DNA from: an uncultured Gammaproteobacteria bacterium
GTDB lineage: Bacteria; Patescibacteriota; Microgenomatia; Levybacterales; GWA1-39-11
Length of the DNA: 64,000 nt
Assembly (NCBI GenBank): GCA_964627245.1
Contig: CAZVGS010000001.1
Span: forward strand, 153,256-217,255
Direction of reading: 5' to 3'
The notes under the pieces are model-generated. The model worked only from the letters and a program-made list of their open reading frames with translations, was not told where the DNA came from and did not search any database. Shown piece by piece: positions 39,834 to 49,695 of the stretch. The first letter of the stretch is position 1; each line of letters starts with the position of its first letter. The position numbers and the translations under genes were made by a program.

Positions 39834-40919
39834 TTACTTATTGAACGGTACCATCTCCTTATATAATTTTAGCTCTCGCTTTATTTCGGGTATCGATAGC
39901 AGTAGTTTTTCAACTTCATTCAATGCCAATATCCTAGTATTCGATGATGTGTAAGGCTCAATTTTATTTTTGAATTTTTCACCTCTAGAAAAATACCTTC
40001 CATAATCCAATCCTTGACTCTCCGGAGGTATCTCAAAGTAATCTCCCAGATCAATCGCCCTTATAAACTCTTCTTCAGTTATCAACGTTTCATGCATTTT
40101 TTCTCCTGCTCTTATTCCCACCTGATAATATCCTTTTTTATGATCAAAAAGATTGCAAAGAGCTTTTGCCAAAGTTTCCATTGTGCACGAAGGAGATTTT
40201 TTCACATAAATACTCCCATTTTTTCCACTATCAAGGGCAAAAAGCACCAATGAAACTGCATCCCCCAATGGAAGCAAAAAACGTGTCATATCATACTGAG
40301 TAACAGGAAGCCTTTTATTTTGCTTGATAAGCTTAACAAAATAGGGAATTACCGAACCTCTTGTATATAAAACGTTACCGTATCTCACCCCGTTCAATTG
40401 AGTTTTACTTTTGGCGCCATTTAAGTTCTTGGCTTCAGAAATCATTATCTTCTCCATTAATGCCTTGGTCATACCAACTACATTTATGGGATAAACTGCC
40501 TTGTCTGTGCTAAGTACGACTACAGATTCCACATTGTTATCAATTGATGAACGGATTATATTTTCAGCTCCCAGCGAATTAGTTTTAATAGCTTCTAGAG
40601 GAAAAAATTCACAAGTAGGGACTTGCTTTAATGCGGCGGCGTGAAAAACAAAATCTATACCCGGAATAATCCTGTCAATACTTTTCCTATCTCTTACATC
40701 ACCAATAACAAATTTTAGCTTTGGGTTATCATTGAATTTGTTCCTCATGTCAAATTGCTTTTTTTCATCACGGCTGAATATAACTACTTTTTTTGGATTA
40801 TAATCAAGAAGCTTTTCCGTTACTACATTACCAAAAGAACCCGTACCTCCTGTGATTAGTATGCTTTTTCCCTTCAATTTCTCCTTTTTCAAAACCTTAT
40901 TCTTTTTTTTGGCAACCAT
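39834..40919 (-). CDS. fnlA: UDP-GlcNAc 4,6-dehydratase/5-epimerase (WbjB/FnlA/CapE family)
   Basis: ITGGTGSFG, FSRDEKKQ.DMR, HAAALKQVPTCEFFP, STDKAVYPIN..GMTKALMEK (Met variant typical of FnlA), RYGNV and GIRAGEK.HE. Confidence 0.9.
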   Translation of the reverse strand: MVAKKKNKVLKKEKLKGKSILITGGTGSFGNVVTEKLLDYNPKKVVIFSRDEKKQFDMRNKFNDNPKLKFVIGDVRDRKSIDRIIPGIDFVFHAAALKQVPTCEFFPLEAIKTNSLGAENIIRSSIDNNVESVVVLSTDKAVYPINVVGMTKALMEKIMISEAKNLNGAKSKTQLNGVRYGNVLYTRGSVIPYFVKLIKQNKRLPVTQYDMTRFLLPLGDAVSLVLFALDSGKNGSIYVKKSPSCTMETLAKALCNLFDHKKGYYQVGIRAGEKMHETLITEEEFIRAIDLGDYFEIPPESQGLDYGRYFSRGEKFKNKIEPYTSSNTRILALNEVEKLLLSIPEIKRELKLYKEMVPFNK

Positions 40920-40936
40920 ATTGAGACATTATACTA

Positions 40937-42592
40937 CTACTTTTGATATATTGATGTTGAAATTGGCTCGGCAAGAAGACCGGAAAGATAATAGTCTGCA
41001 TAATTTCCAAAATATCTAAATAGTATCAAGTTTGGTGTAAACGTATTTACTTTTTTGTAGCCTTCTTTTTCCAATCTCTCAAGCAATTCCTTTTTAGGTA
41101 CTCTAGACTTAAAATTTTCAAAAATTATATCATTTGTAACAATAACAACATCAGGAAGAGACTTCGTCGAAGCATCAACAACCTGAAACTCAAGATTACT
41201 CCTAGAACTAACCTTATAGATCTTATTGTAGTAATTTTTAATCGCAATATCCGGTAAAAGCTGATAGATTGGTATACTTTCTATTCCAATTGTTGTTGGA
41301 GATTCATATTTAGCTATTATAAATTTTGATGCTCTCTCTTGTACCGGTGGGGTATATCTCATGAATACCCATGTAATTGATTGAATGAATTGAACTAGAA
41401 TAACAATGCTTAAAAACAGGGAAAATAGAAACTTAAATTTATTCAACTTTGTATACAACTCTTTAAGTGTAATTGCTGTCAGCAATGCAAGAAAAGGTAA
41501 TAATACTAAAATTCTGTTAGAACCTGATTCTAACTTTAATGGCGCAAGAGAAGCAATGAAAATTAATAGTCCAACGAGAATAAGTGTCTTGCTGTTTTTT
41601 ACTTCTTTTTTCTCAATAAAACGCTTTAGACTGCCTATTGTTTGAAAAACTATCGAAAACAAAAATAAGAAATAGAATGGATATCCAAATGAAGTTGGTA
41701 TTTGCTTTATAAAAATATACACTAAAAGTGGATAATCAAGAGCAAGTCCTTCATTGGCATTGGATAAATCTTGAGTAATCTGGGCAGTAAAACTGACATA
41801 ATTGCTAAATCTTAAAAAAATGTCAGGAACACCTAACACAAGAAAAGTTAGTAAAAAAGCCAAATATGCGCCAAACACTTTTCGAAAATTTACTCTTTTC
41901 TCAAACAGCAAACTACCAATCGGAATAAAGAGTAACAATGGCGCGGCACTGATTTTAGTTCCGACTGCCAAGCCTGTTGCGCACCCTGCAAGCATATAAT
42001 CCCTTAATTTTCTTTTCTTCTCTATTCTTAGCAGGAGCAAAAGGGTCAAAGTGATCCAAAAAACCAAAGCTATGTCGTACTTAAAATAATTACTTAATGA
42101 CAACCATACTGGGTTAACCGTAAAAAGCAATGCAGAAAGCCCTGCGTTAGTATTAAAATATTTTCTCCCCGTGAGTACAACCGTAAATATCGACAAACTG
42201 CCGAATAAAAGTGTTGTTAGTCTAAGAATAACAAACAATTTATGCTGTTCAGAGATACTGCTAATAGCCGTATCTATCAGGAATGGATTTACATACCCAA
42301 AAAGATAGAACGGGGAAACAAGTACCCCCGTTAAGAGGAAATGGAACATTGGTATTTGGGTTGCTCCGCTTTTGTCAACAGTTCCTATAGAAAAAACATT
42401 TTTTACAAATTCTAATTGATGCCATTCATCCATATGGTATGGAAATGGATGATTATAACCCGGCAAACCCCACTCAATCACACTAAGAAGAAAGATTAAA
42501 TAAATACCTATGATAAAAAATGTAAAAAAATTTACCATATAAAATTTGAGTAGTATTTTGGCAGCTGAGTTTGTAAATTTCATTTTAGTCAT
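40937..42592 (-). CDS. GT-C-fold (ArnT/PMT-like) glycosyltransferase
   Basis: WGLP...YHMDE, R..TLLFG, S.YFKYD, GLAVGTK and R.L.LLPF. Confidence 0.78.
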   Translation of the reverse strand: MTKMKFTNSAAKILLKFYMVNFFTFFIIGIYLIFLLSVIEWGLPGYNHPFPYHMDEWHQLEFVKNVFSIGTVDKSGATQIPMFHFLLTGVLVSPFYLFGYVNPFLIDTAISSISEQHKLFVILRLTTLLFGSLSIFTVVLTGRKYFNTNAGLSALLFTVNPVWLSLSNYFKYDIALVFWITLTLLLLLRIEKKRKLRDYMLAGCATGLAVGTKISAAPLLLFIPIGSLLFEKRVNFRKVFGAYLAFLLTFLVLGVPDIFLRFSNYVSFTAQITQDLSNANEGLALDYPLLVYIFIKQIPTSFGYPFYFLFLFSIVFQTIGSLKRFIEKKEVKNSKTLILVGLLIFIASLAPLKLESGSNRILVLLPFLALLTAITLKELYTKLNKFKFLFSLFLSIVILVQFIQSITWVFMRYTPPVQERASKFIIAKYESPTTIGIESIPIYQLLPDIAIKNYYNKIYKVSSRSNLEFQVVDASTKSLPDVVIVTNDIIFENFKSRVPKKELLERLEKEGYKKVNTFTPNLILFRYFGNYADYYLSGLLAEPISTSIYQK

Positions 42593-44816
42593 TAATTTTA
42601 ATTACTTTGTCAATCCCGTCATCATAAACAACGATAAATTTTTTGCTATGCATGTCTCTGGCTTTTAATATACCGTAGGTTAAACTGGAATTAATTCTAA
42701 TTTTCCCCCCATATTTCCAGATCAGAAAATTATATGGATCGAGACTTGTTCTATAAAGTCTGTATGTCCCTAACGGGATTATGGAAAATTCTCTTTCTCC
42801 TGCGTCTTTTATAATAGCCTTCGAAGCGTTTCTAGTAACGATCCATGAATTTCCAAAACTATAGCCGGTTGGGGGCATCAAATGCTGTCCGCTCTTTGTT
42901 TGAATATAGAATTCATTGGTTAAGAGTGAATAACTATTTATAAAAATTACACTAACCGTAATCAGAAACAAAATTTTCAAATTATATTTTGTATACTCAT
43001 AAACTAAATAACCAAATAGAATTGATATTGCGGGAAAAAGTAACGTAAAATATGCTTGTCCGGGTGACGTGTGAAGGAAAAAGGCACAAAGCGGAAAGAT
43101 GATCCAAATCAGAAGCAAGATGTGAGCTTTATTATTTCTTCCTTTTTTAATTTTTATAAAAATAGTCGTAATGGCAATAATAAACAGAATAATGCCGATA
43201 TATGACAAGCTAGGAATAAATGAAGCAGAAATTTCCTGATACATTGAACGCAAGGCCGATATGGGTAAAGACTGTTCAACAGTAGAACTTTCCTGCATAA
43301 AAAAAAGTCTAATGCGGTTTACTATCCACAAAGGAAATTTTATATATGCAGGCCCATATTGAATTTCATATAAAATAAAAGGAAGTATCCCGACACTAAA
43401 TCCAGCAAGACTTTTTAGGATTTCATTCTTTGTTAGTCTAATTTTCAGAAAATAAAAAGCTAAAATGACGATCCCCAATACAACGATGTTAGACAGCTCA
43501 ACGAGCAGCAATAGTCCCATGCTAAAAAATAGTAAGGGGAAAAGTTTTTTGTTATGAAATGATTTCCAAAGGAATATAAAGAAAATGACTGTAAAAAATG
43601 GAATTAGAGACGTGTGATACGGCATTCGCGCATTTACTACAATCGAAGGCGTGCTTGCATAAAAAAAGGCTGAAATAAGTCCCACTCTTTCATTAAATAA
43701 ATTTTTACCTAAATACCAAACAAGAGTAGTTGCAACAACCCCAATTAGCCCGAAGAAAAAGGCCGGTGCTACCGGATTGAAATTGGTCAATAAAAATGAC
43801 AAACCTATAAGCCATACAGATGTCGGTCCTTGGTGTAACCAGACAACTGAAGAAGGTATACCGACAACAGGAATCCTGCCGGTTACAACCATGTCTCTTG
43901 CAGCCAAGAAGTCACGGGCACTATCTCCAATAAGAAGCATTAATGTGTCTTGCTTGTAAAGATTTAGAAATAACGATAGTAAAACTGCCAAGCTTATTAA
44001 GAAATTAAATGGAGTAATAAAACGGAGGAATAACTCGGTAATAACGGCTTTCATTTGCCCAAAATATTTTACGTTATATAAATATCTGCTTTTCTGAAAG
44101 TAATTTTTTATAACTTCTTTATCGGACAAGCTTGCTCCAATGGTGTGAATTATTTCCACTTCCGGGTTAAAAATTACCTTAAAACCTGCCTTTTTAACAC
44201 GATAACAAAGATCTTGCTCCTCAAAATACATGAAAAATCTTTCATCAAATCCCCCAATTTTCTCAAAAAGTTCTTTTTTTATCAGCATACATGCTCCGCT
44301 AATCACATCCACTGATAATATTTTTCTTCTGTCTGAATTCAGCATCCAGAATTTTTTTGATACAGAATTTTTTGGAAATAGTTTATTTAGAAATGAATAT
44401 GCAAATATTGCTCTTGGAATAGTAATAAAAGCATTTATAGTCGGGAGCTTTAGATTATTACTGTCAATCATTGCCGGACCGGCAATCCCCACCTTATTCA
44501 AAGTTGAAAAAGATTTAAGTAATTTTGCTATCGAATTTTTCAAAAGCACTGTGTCAGGATTTAAGAAAAGCAGATACTCGCCTTTTGCTTTGCTTGCGCC
44601 TAAATTACAACCGAATGCAAATCCATTATTTACTCTGCTTTTTATAATTTTGATGTCTTTATCGCTGGAAATAATTTTTGGCAGCTTTTTCGAAGAATTA
44701 TTGTCGACAATGATAATTTCATATTTATTCTTACCAGCGGATCTGACTATCGAATTAATTGATTTTACAATCTCTAAGGGCGTATTGAAGTAAACATAAA
44801 TTATAGAAATTTTCAT
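42585..44816 (-). CDS. Fusion of N-terminal GT2 (WbbL-like) and C-terminal GT-C (ArnT-like) glycosyltransferase
   Basis: N-terminus: IVDNNS, NNGFAFGCN, FLNPDT, SGACML and GFDERFFMYFEEQDLC. After ~aa 270: GDSARD, HQGP and multiple TM helices. Confidence 0.85.
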   Translation of the reverse strand: MKISIIYVYFNTPLEIVKSINSIVRSAGKNKYEIIIVDNNSSKKLPKIISSDKDIKIIKSRVNNGFAFGCNLGASKAKGEYLLFLNPDTVLLKNSIAKLLKSFSTLNKVGIAGPAMIDSNNLKLPTINAFITIPRAIFAYSFLNKLFPKNSVSKKFWMLNSDRRKILSVDVISGACMLIKKELFEKIGGFDERFFMYFEEQDLCYRVKKAGFKVIFNPEVEIIHTIGASLSDKEVIKNYFQKSRYLYNVKYFGQMKAVITELFLRFITPFNFLISLAVLLSLFLNLYKQDTLMLLIGDSARDFLAARDMVVTGRIPVVGIPSSVVWLHQGPTSVWLIGLSFLLTNFNPVAPAFFFGLIGVVATTLVWYLGKNLFNERVGLISAFFYASTPSIVVNARMPYHTSLIPFFTVIFFIFLWKSFHNKKLFPLLFFSMGLLLLVELSNIVVLGIVILAFYFLKIRLTKNEILKSLAGFSVGILPFILYEIQYGPAYIKFPLWIVNRIRLFFMQESSTVEQSLPISALRSMYQEISASFIPSLSYIGIILFIIAITTIFIKIKKGRNNKAHILLLIWIIFPLCAFFLHTSPGQAYFTLLFPAISILFGYLVYEYTKYNLKILFLITVSVIFINSYSLLTNEFYIQTKSGQHLMPPTGYSFGNSWIVTRNASKAIIKDAGEREFSIIPLGTYRLYRTSLDPYNFLIWKYGGKIRINSSLTYGILKARDMHSKKFIVVYDDGIDKVIKIND

Positions 44817-45952
44817 TAGTTGGTAACCTTATTGATCATGCGTAAGAGTTTTTCTTTAGAATTAAGCCATGACCATGAATTCAAAGCACTATTCCGCGCC
44901 TCTTTTGACATTCTTTTATAAGTTTTTTCATCTGATATTATTTCTTCAATTGCTCTGCTCAACTCCGTCGCATCCTGCTTAATCAAAATTCCATTTTTAT
45001 TATTTTTAACGGTTTCTTTATACCCGCCGTCGTTCAAAGCAATAACAGGCAGTCCGCAGGATAGTGCCTCGATGGGAATAAGACCAAATGGCTCTTTGTA
45101 CCCAATGCAGATGATAACTTTTGCGCTTTGATATAGATTTCTCATAGCTTTATTTCCCGAAATCCACTCCTTTTCTTTAATAACCAGCCTAATTTTTTGG
45201 GGAGGATAATTTAGTTTTTTCAAAGCTGTTTGCAAAAGGTCGAAATTCTCAGACTTGTCATAAGCCCCGATGTATAAAACATCGTACTTTTTAGGTTTAT
45301 TAGAGGGCTTAAAAAAATTTACATCAACACCCATATAAACCGGGTAACTTTTAAGCTTATAGGCAGAGTAAATATTTTTACTCGTGTATAACGAATTTGA
45401 AAGAATCAAATCAGCTTTTTTGATATTCTCTCTATCAATAATCTTTCGTACAAATCTGTTAATTTTTTCGTAGTAGTACTTTCCTATACCAACTTCAGGT
45501 CCAACCCTAAAAAGATCCTCATAAACCATACGTAAAGGTTCTTGGCAATAATATATAACCGGAGTTCTTAGAAATCTCAACAGAAAGGGTGCCTGCGTAT
45601 ATTTGGAGGGAAAGGAAAACACCAAGTCGTACTTTTTATCACTTATTTCTTTTGCAATCTTTCTGTGAAGCAGATATAGGCGGAAAAGTTCAATTGTGTC
45701 CTTATACAATCTTACCTTCCAGTTATGACCTTTCCATTTCTTAGGTTTGAATTTGAAAAAACGGATTGAATGATAATAGGAACACTCATTCTTATCAAGC
45801 TTTTCATCTACAAGATAGAGATCTATTTCAAAATCACTTCCAAGTAGTTTGGAAAACTCATTTGAAGACCGCCTAGCCCCTCCTTTATCCAATTCATGAA
45901 AGAAGGCGATTTTCTTAACTGAAGTCTGATTCATTTTCTTTAATCCATTCAT
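44816..45952 (-). CDS. Glycosyltransferase family 4
   Basis: GGA, NS.YT, GVD and EPFGLIPIEALSCGLPVIA...GG..E. Confidence 0.9.
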   Translation of the reverse strand: MNGLKKMNQTSVKKIAFFHELDKGGARRSSNEFSKLLGSDFEIDLYLVDEKLDKNECSYYHSIRFFKFKPKKWKGHNWKVRLYKDTIELFRLYLLHRKIAKEISDKKYDLVFSFPSKYTQAPFLLRFLRTPVIYYCQEPLRMVYEDLFRVGPEVGIGKYYYEKINRFVRKIIDRENIKKADLILSNSLYTSKNIYSAYKLKSYPVYMGVDVNFFKPSNKPKKYDVLYIGAYDKSENFDLLQTALKKLNYPPQKIRLVIKEKEWISGNKAMRNLYQSAKVIICIGYKEPFGLIPIEALSCGLPVIALNDGGYKETVKNNKNGILIKQDATELSRAIEEIISDEKTYKRMSKEARNSALNSWSWLNSKEKLLRMINKVTN

Positions 45953-46949
45953 ACAAACTTTTAATTCCCTCTTCTAAATTAATCTTTGGCGTCCATCCAA
46001 AGTCTTTTTTGGCTTTAGAATTATCAGAGATAAATATTGCTTGATCACCCGGTCTGGTTTTTGCAAACTTAACAGCAATTTTCTTTTGCAGATATTTCTC
46101 AAGCAACGGACCAAACTCAAGCCAAATAGAAAGAGAGTTGGCTGAACCTCCGCCAATATTATAAATTTGTCCGTGTGTTTTGTTTATGTTTTTAATAGCT
46201 AAATCATATGCTCTAATTAAGTCCTGGATGTGCAGTAGATCACGCACCTGCTTCCCGTTACCATATATTGTTAACTTTCTTCCCAAAAAACCAGCAATCA
46301 AAAACCAAGCAACCCACCCCTGATCTTCAAATCCATACTGATGCGGGCCGTAGATGCATGACTGTCTGAAAACAACGCTTTTTATACCGTAAATTCTTGA
46401 GTAATCCCTAATGTATTGATCCGAACAGCCCTTACTGCATCCGTATGGCGAATGAAAATCCAGTTGTGTTCTCTCATCAATTCCTTTAGGTAAGTTCTTA
46501 AAAGCATATCTCGTTTTTAACTCTTTAATGGAAATTCCCTCCAAATCTCCATAAACCTTATTGGTTGAACTGTATATTAAAATTGGTTTTTTGCTGCTTT
46601 TTCTGATTGCCTCCAAGAGGTTTATGGTACCTAAAGCATTTGTCAAAAAGTCATCATATGGATTTATTACAGAAGTTGTTACAGCGACTTGTCCTGCAAA
46701 ATGAAAAATGATATCCGCTTTTGCAACAATAGAATCAAGTTTTGGGCTTTTTTTCTTTAAGTCATATTTAACGATCGAGTAACCCTTTTTATGGGTTTTT
46801 TTGAACCAGGAAACATTTTTTTCAACACCCTTTCTTGAAAAATTATCAAGAATTATTATGTTATGGTTTTTCTTGACGTAATAATCAGCGGTATTAATGC
46901 CTATGAACCCTGCTCCACCAGTAATCAATACAACTTTTTCTCTGCTCAT
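45915..46949 (-). CDS. NAD-dependent epimerase, CDP-paratose 2-epimerase (RfbE/Tyv)-like
   Basis: GGAGFIG, DNFSRKG, AGQVAVTTS, SSTNKVYG, SPYGCSKG, FRQSCIYG, EDQGWVAWF and GKQVRD. Confidence 0.85.
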   Translation of the reverse strand: MSREKVVLITGGAGFIGINTADYYVKKNHNIIILDNFSRKGVEKNVSWFKKTHKKGYSIVKYDLKKKSPKLDSIVAKADIIFHFAGQVAVTTSVINPYDDFLTNALGTINLLEAIRKSSKKPILIYSSTNKVYGDLEGISIKELKTRYAFKNLPKGIDERTQLDFHSPYGCSKGCSDQYIRDYSRIYGIKSVVFRQSCIYGPHQYGFEDQGWVAWFLIAGFLGRKLTIYGNGKQVRDLLHIQDLIRAYDLAIKNINKTHGQIYNIGGGSANSLSIWLEFGPLLEKYLQKKIAVKFAKTRPGDQAIFISDNSKAKKDFGWTPKINLEEGIKSLYEWIKENESDFS

Positions 46950-47036
46950 ATTAATCTCGTTATTATAAACAAAAGATTTGATAATACCAAGGCTATTTAT
47001 GTTAAATTCATGAGCTTTGCGTCCTCTATGTAGTTT

Positions 47037-48257
47037 CTAGTAGAGAACTTTCCGCACGAAGTAGTAAGTTAACGGGAAAATCATCACGAGAGTTACAATC
47101 AACGATAAAAGCACACCCTCGGGATTTTTTGCTTGATAGGCAAGGTAGAGAAATGGAGTAAGCAAAACTAACCTTACGACAGTTATTTGCACAAGCCTGC
47201 TCTGCTTTCCTACGGAGAAAAATAGAGAACCGATGCATCCCCAAGTTGATATTAGAAAGCCATATATTGCAAAAAGTGTAAGAAAATTATGGTAAGCAAG
47301 CCATTTATTTCCGCCGGCAATAAGAATTATGGGTTTTGAAAAGAGGATAACAAAGACAGCAAATATGCCTTCGATTGCTAGCACCGAATAAAAACTCCTC
47401 AAGAATGCCTTCCTCAATCTTTTTTTATTTCCCTTTCCTATTTTTGAATATATAGGGAAGGTCACTTTCCCGACTATTGCAGATGAGTCATTCATAATTT
47501 CAAAAGAAATCCTCTGAGCAAATTGGTAACCACCCAAAACTGCAACACCCGCAAATCTCCCAATCAAAAAGGCATCAATTCTTGTAGCGACGTACGTAAC
47601 GATACCTAATACACCAGTTGTTCTTGCGAACTGCAAGATCCGTAAAACCTTTTCTCTGTCAAAACTCACTCCAGGATGCCTTTTAACTACAAGCCAGCTT
47701 AAAACAATATATATTGCGGTAGCAAAAATAAAACCCAAAATTGCTCCAAATATTGACTTAAATATTAAAACAGCTATTGCAGTAATCAGCAGATCTATTG
47801 TAAAAGAGAGCAGACGGATTTGAAACTCCTTCTTAAAATATAATTCCTTCTGAAACAGCACAATATAAGGATTTTCAAACGACTTTATTACCGGCACTAA
47901 TGAAAGGGCTATTAATATCAAAATAAGGTTTGTATCTCCAAAAAAGTAGGAAATCGGCACTGCTGCTATAACTACAAGAACCATAAGAATAACCCCTCTA
48001 AGTAGCTGCACAAAAAAAATCGAATCTACATATTTTTCGATTTTATCTTTTGATTGAATGATAAAGGCACCAAGGCTGAATTCACTAAATGTTTCAAACA
48101 GTGAGAGAACTAAAAAGCTGATTCCATAGATTCCCAGATCATAAGGAGTCAAAAACCGGGCTATAACTATAATTTTTATAACTGAAATTCCCTTTACTAG
48201 AAAATGGAGAATTCCCATCCACCCAATACCTTTAATTGCTATTTTCTTGTATCCCAT
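47037..48257 (-). CDS. wzx: Wzx-type oligosaccharide flippase
   Basis: ARFLTP.D.G.YG, about 12 TM helices, RID.FLIG, G.Y..A.R and V.FP.YSK. Confidence 0.88.
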   Translation of the reverse strand: MGYKKIAIKGIGWMGILHFLVKGISVIKIIVIARFLTPYDLGIYGISFLVLSLFETFSEFSLGAFIIQSKDKIEKYVDSIFFVQLLRGVILMVLVVIAAVPISYFFGDTNLILILIALSLVPVIKSFENPYIVLFQKELYFKKEFQIRLLSFTIDLLITAIAVLIFKSIFGAILGFIFATAIYIVLSWLVVKRHPGVSFDREKVLRILQFARTTGVLGIVTYVATRIDAFLIGRFAGVAVLGGYQFAQRISFEIMNDSSAIVGKVTFPIYSKIGKGNKKRLRKAFLRSFYSVLAIEGIFAVFVILFSKPIILIAGGNKWLAYHNFLTLFAIYGFLISTWGCIGSLFFSVGKQSRLVQITVVRLVLLTPFLYLAYQAKNPEGVLLSLIVTLVMIFPLTYYFVRKVLY

Positions 48258-49174
48258 ACTCTTGAGCCAAATCCCACAACAAATCCAATGATAACCATTA
48301 TATCCGAAACTAACTGCAGAAATGGAAGATAAAAAAGTGCACTTATGTGGTTAACATAATCAAAATTCTTCAGTATTGACCAGAGAATATAAAAAGAAAA
48401 AAGTAAAAAAGCAAAGTACAAGATCAAAATATTTCCAAAATATATAAATGCTATCATCAGAACTACTCCTAAAAAATATCTTATAAAAAGTAACGGCGTC
48501 TGAGATCTAACATAAAGAGCCTTGCCATCCCCTACGGCATATCCGTAGAATTGCTTAGCGGCACTTATCACATTCTCCCTCTGCGGCCAATAAACCAGAG
48601 CATCTTTTTTTACGCGGAACCTGAACCCTTTTTCTTTAAGACTCTTGGCAAAAAACAGATCTTCGCAAGTATCAAGATTTTCAGGATATCCTCCAACATC
48701 TTGCCAGGTCTTTTTTTTGAAGGCTATAGATCTTGACGACGGCAAGAAATTCCCATCAACTTTATCTTCCGGATAGCAAGTGTAAGCGGCCAGAGACTTC
48801 TCGAATGAATTTTTAACAACCGGCTTATAGAAGCCTGCCACCACATCAATCTTTCTATTACTAAATGGCTTTGTTATCCTTTCCAGCCAATGCTTATCCA
48901 GTATGCATCCTGCGTCGGATGCAGCAATTATATCTCCTCTTGATTTACTTATTGCAAAATTACGTCCAATTGACCTGTTGCCTTTTTTTCTAAAGACCTT
49001 AAGTGGAAGCTTTTGAGAAAATTTTTTAATAGAATTTAATGTCCCATCCTTGGATCCCGCATCAACAATAATTACTTCATCCGGTTTAACTACTTGCTTG
49101 CTTAAAGAATCCAGAAGTAAGTCTATGCCTTTCTTATCGTTAAAAACTGTCGCAATAAAAGTGATTTTTGACAT
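48239..49174 (-). CDS. Glycosyltransferase family 2
   Basis: IIVDAGSKDGT, GRN.AI, SDAGC, PSSRS and GGYPE....ED, with C-terminal TM helices. Confidence 0.9.
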   Translation of the reverse strand: MSKITFIATVFNDKKGIDLLLDSLSKQVVKPDEVIIVDAGSKDGTLNSIKKFSQKLPLKVFRKKGNRSIGRNFAISKSRGDIIAASDAGCILDKHWLERITKPFSNRKIDVVAGFYKPVVKNSFEKSLAAYTCYPEDKVDGNFLPSSRSIAFKKKTWQDVGGYPENLDTCEDLFFAKSLKEKGFRFRVKKDALVYWPQRENVISAAKQFYGYAVGDGKALYVRSQTPLLFIRYFLGVVLMIAFIYFGNILILYFAFLLFSFYILWSILKNFDYVNHISALFYLPFLQLVSDIMVIIGFVVGFGSRVWDTRK

Positions 49175-49286
49175 TCAATTTGCCGACTTATTATAGCAAC
49201 AAATACGAAAAATCCTATTGTCATTTTTCAAAATAACATGATTGTGTTATTAATTTTTTGTTGTTACAATAATCCCAATTAAATCC

Positions 49287-49679
49287 GTGGCAAAAAGAGT
49301 CAAACAAAAAATACTACTACCCACTTGTAATATAGATACTCTGGTTGATGGGAGAGGAGCCATCTTTACCTGGGTTCCTGAGGACGATATAAAAGAATTT
49401 AATATACTCTACTTTAACCCCGGAATAAAGAGGGGCAATCATTATCATCCTGAATTTACTGAATATTTTTTGGTTGTTCAGGGAGAAGGTGCAATGGTAT
49501 ACAAAGATCAGCAGGGAAAATTAAACCAGGTAGTTCATATGAGCAAAGGGACTTGCGTAAGAACACCTCCGGGAGTTGCTCATGCATTTAAGGCCATAAC
49601 AAACGTTACAGCAATTGCCCTTCTATCAAAACCATGGGATGATTGCAAAACTCCCATTGTAAGAATTGACATTATCTAA
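49287..49679 (+). CDS. Cupin-fold NDP-sugar isomerase/epimerase (WxcM/FdtA/CapF-C-like)
   Basis: DGRG, RGNHYH...EYF.V and PPGVAHAF. Confidence 0.78.
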   Translation: MAKRVKQKILLPTCNIDTLVDGRGAIFTWVPEDDIKEFNILYFNPGIKRGNHYHPEFTEYFLVVQGEGAMVYKDQQGKLNQVVHMSKGTCVRTPPGVAHAFKAITNVTAIALLSKPWDDCKTPIVRIDII

Positions 49680-49695
49680 ATTAATCCGGCAAATT

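Noticed and set aside
44230-44793. 187-aa plus-strand ORF
   Set aside because: Antisense shadow of the GT2 domain; the same applies to the other short ORFs nested in well-supported genes.
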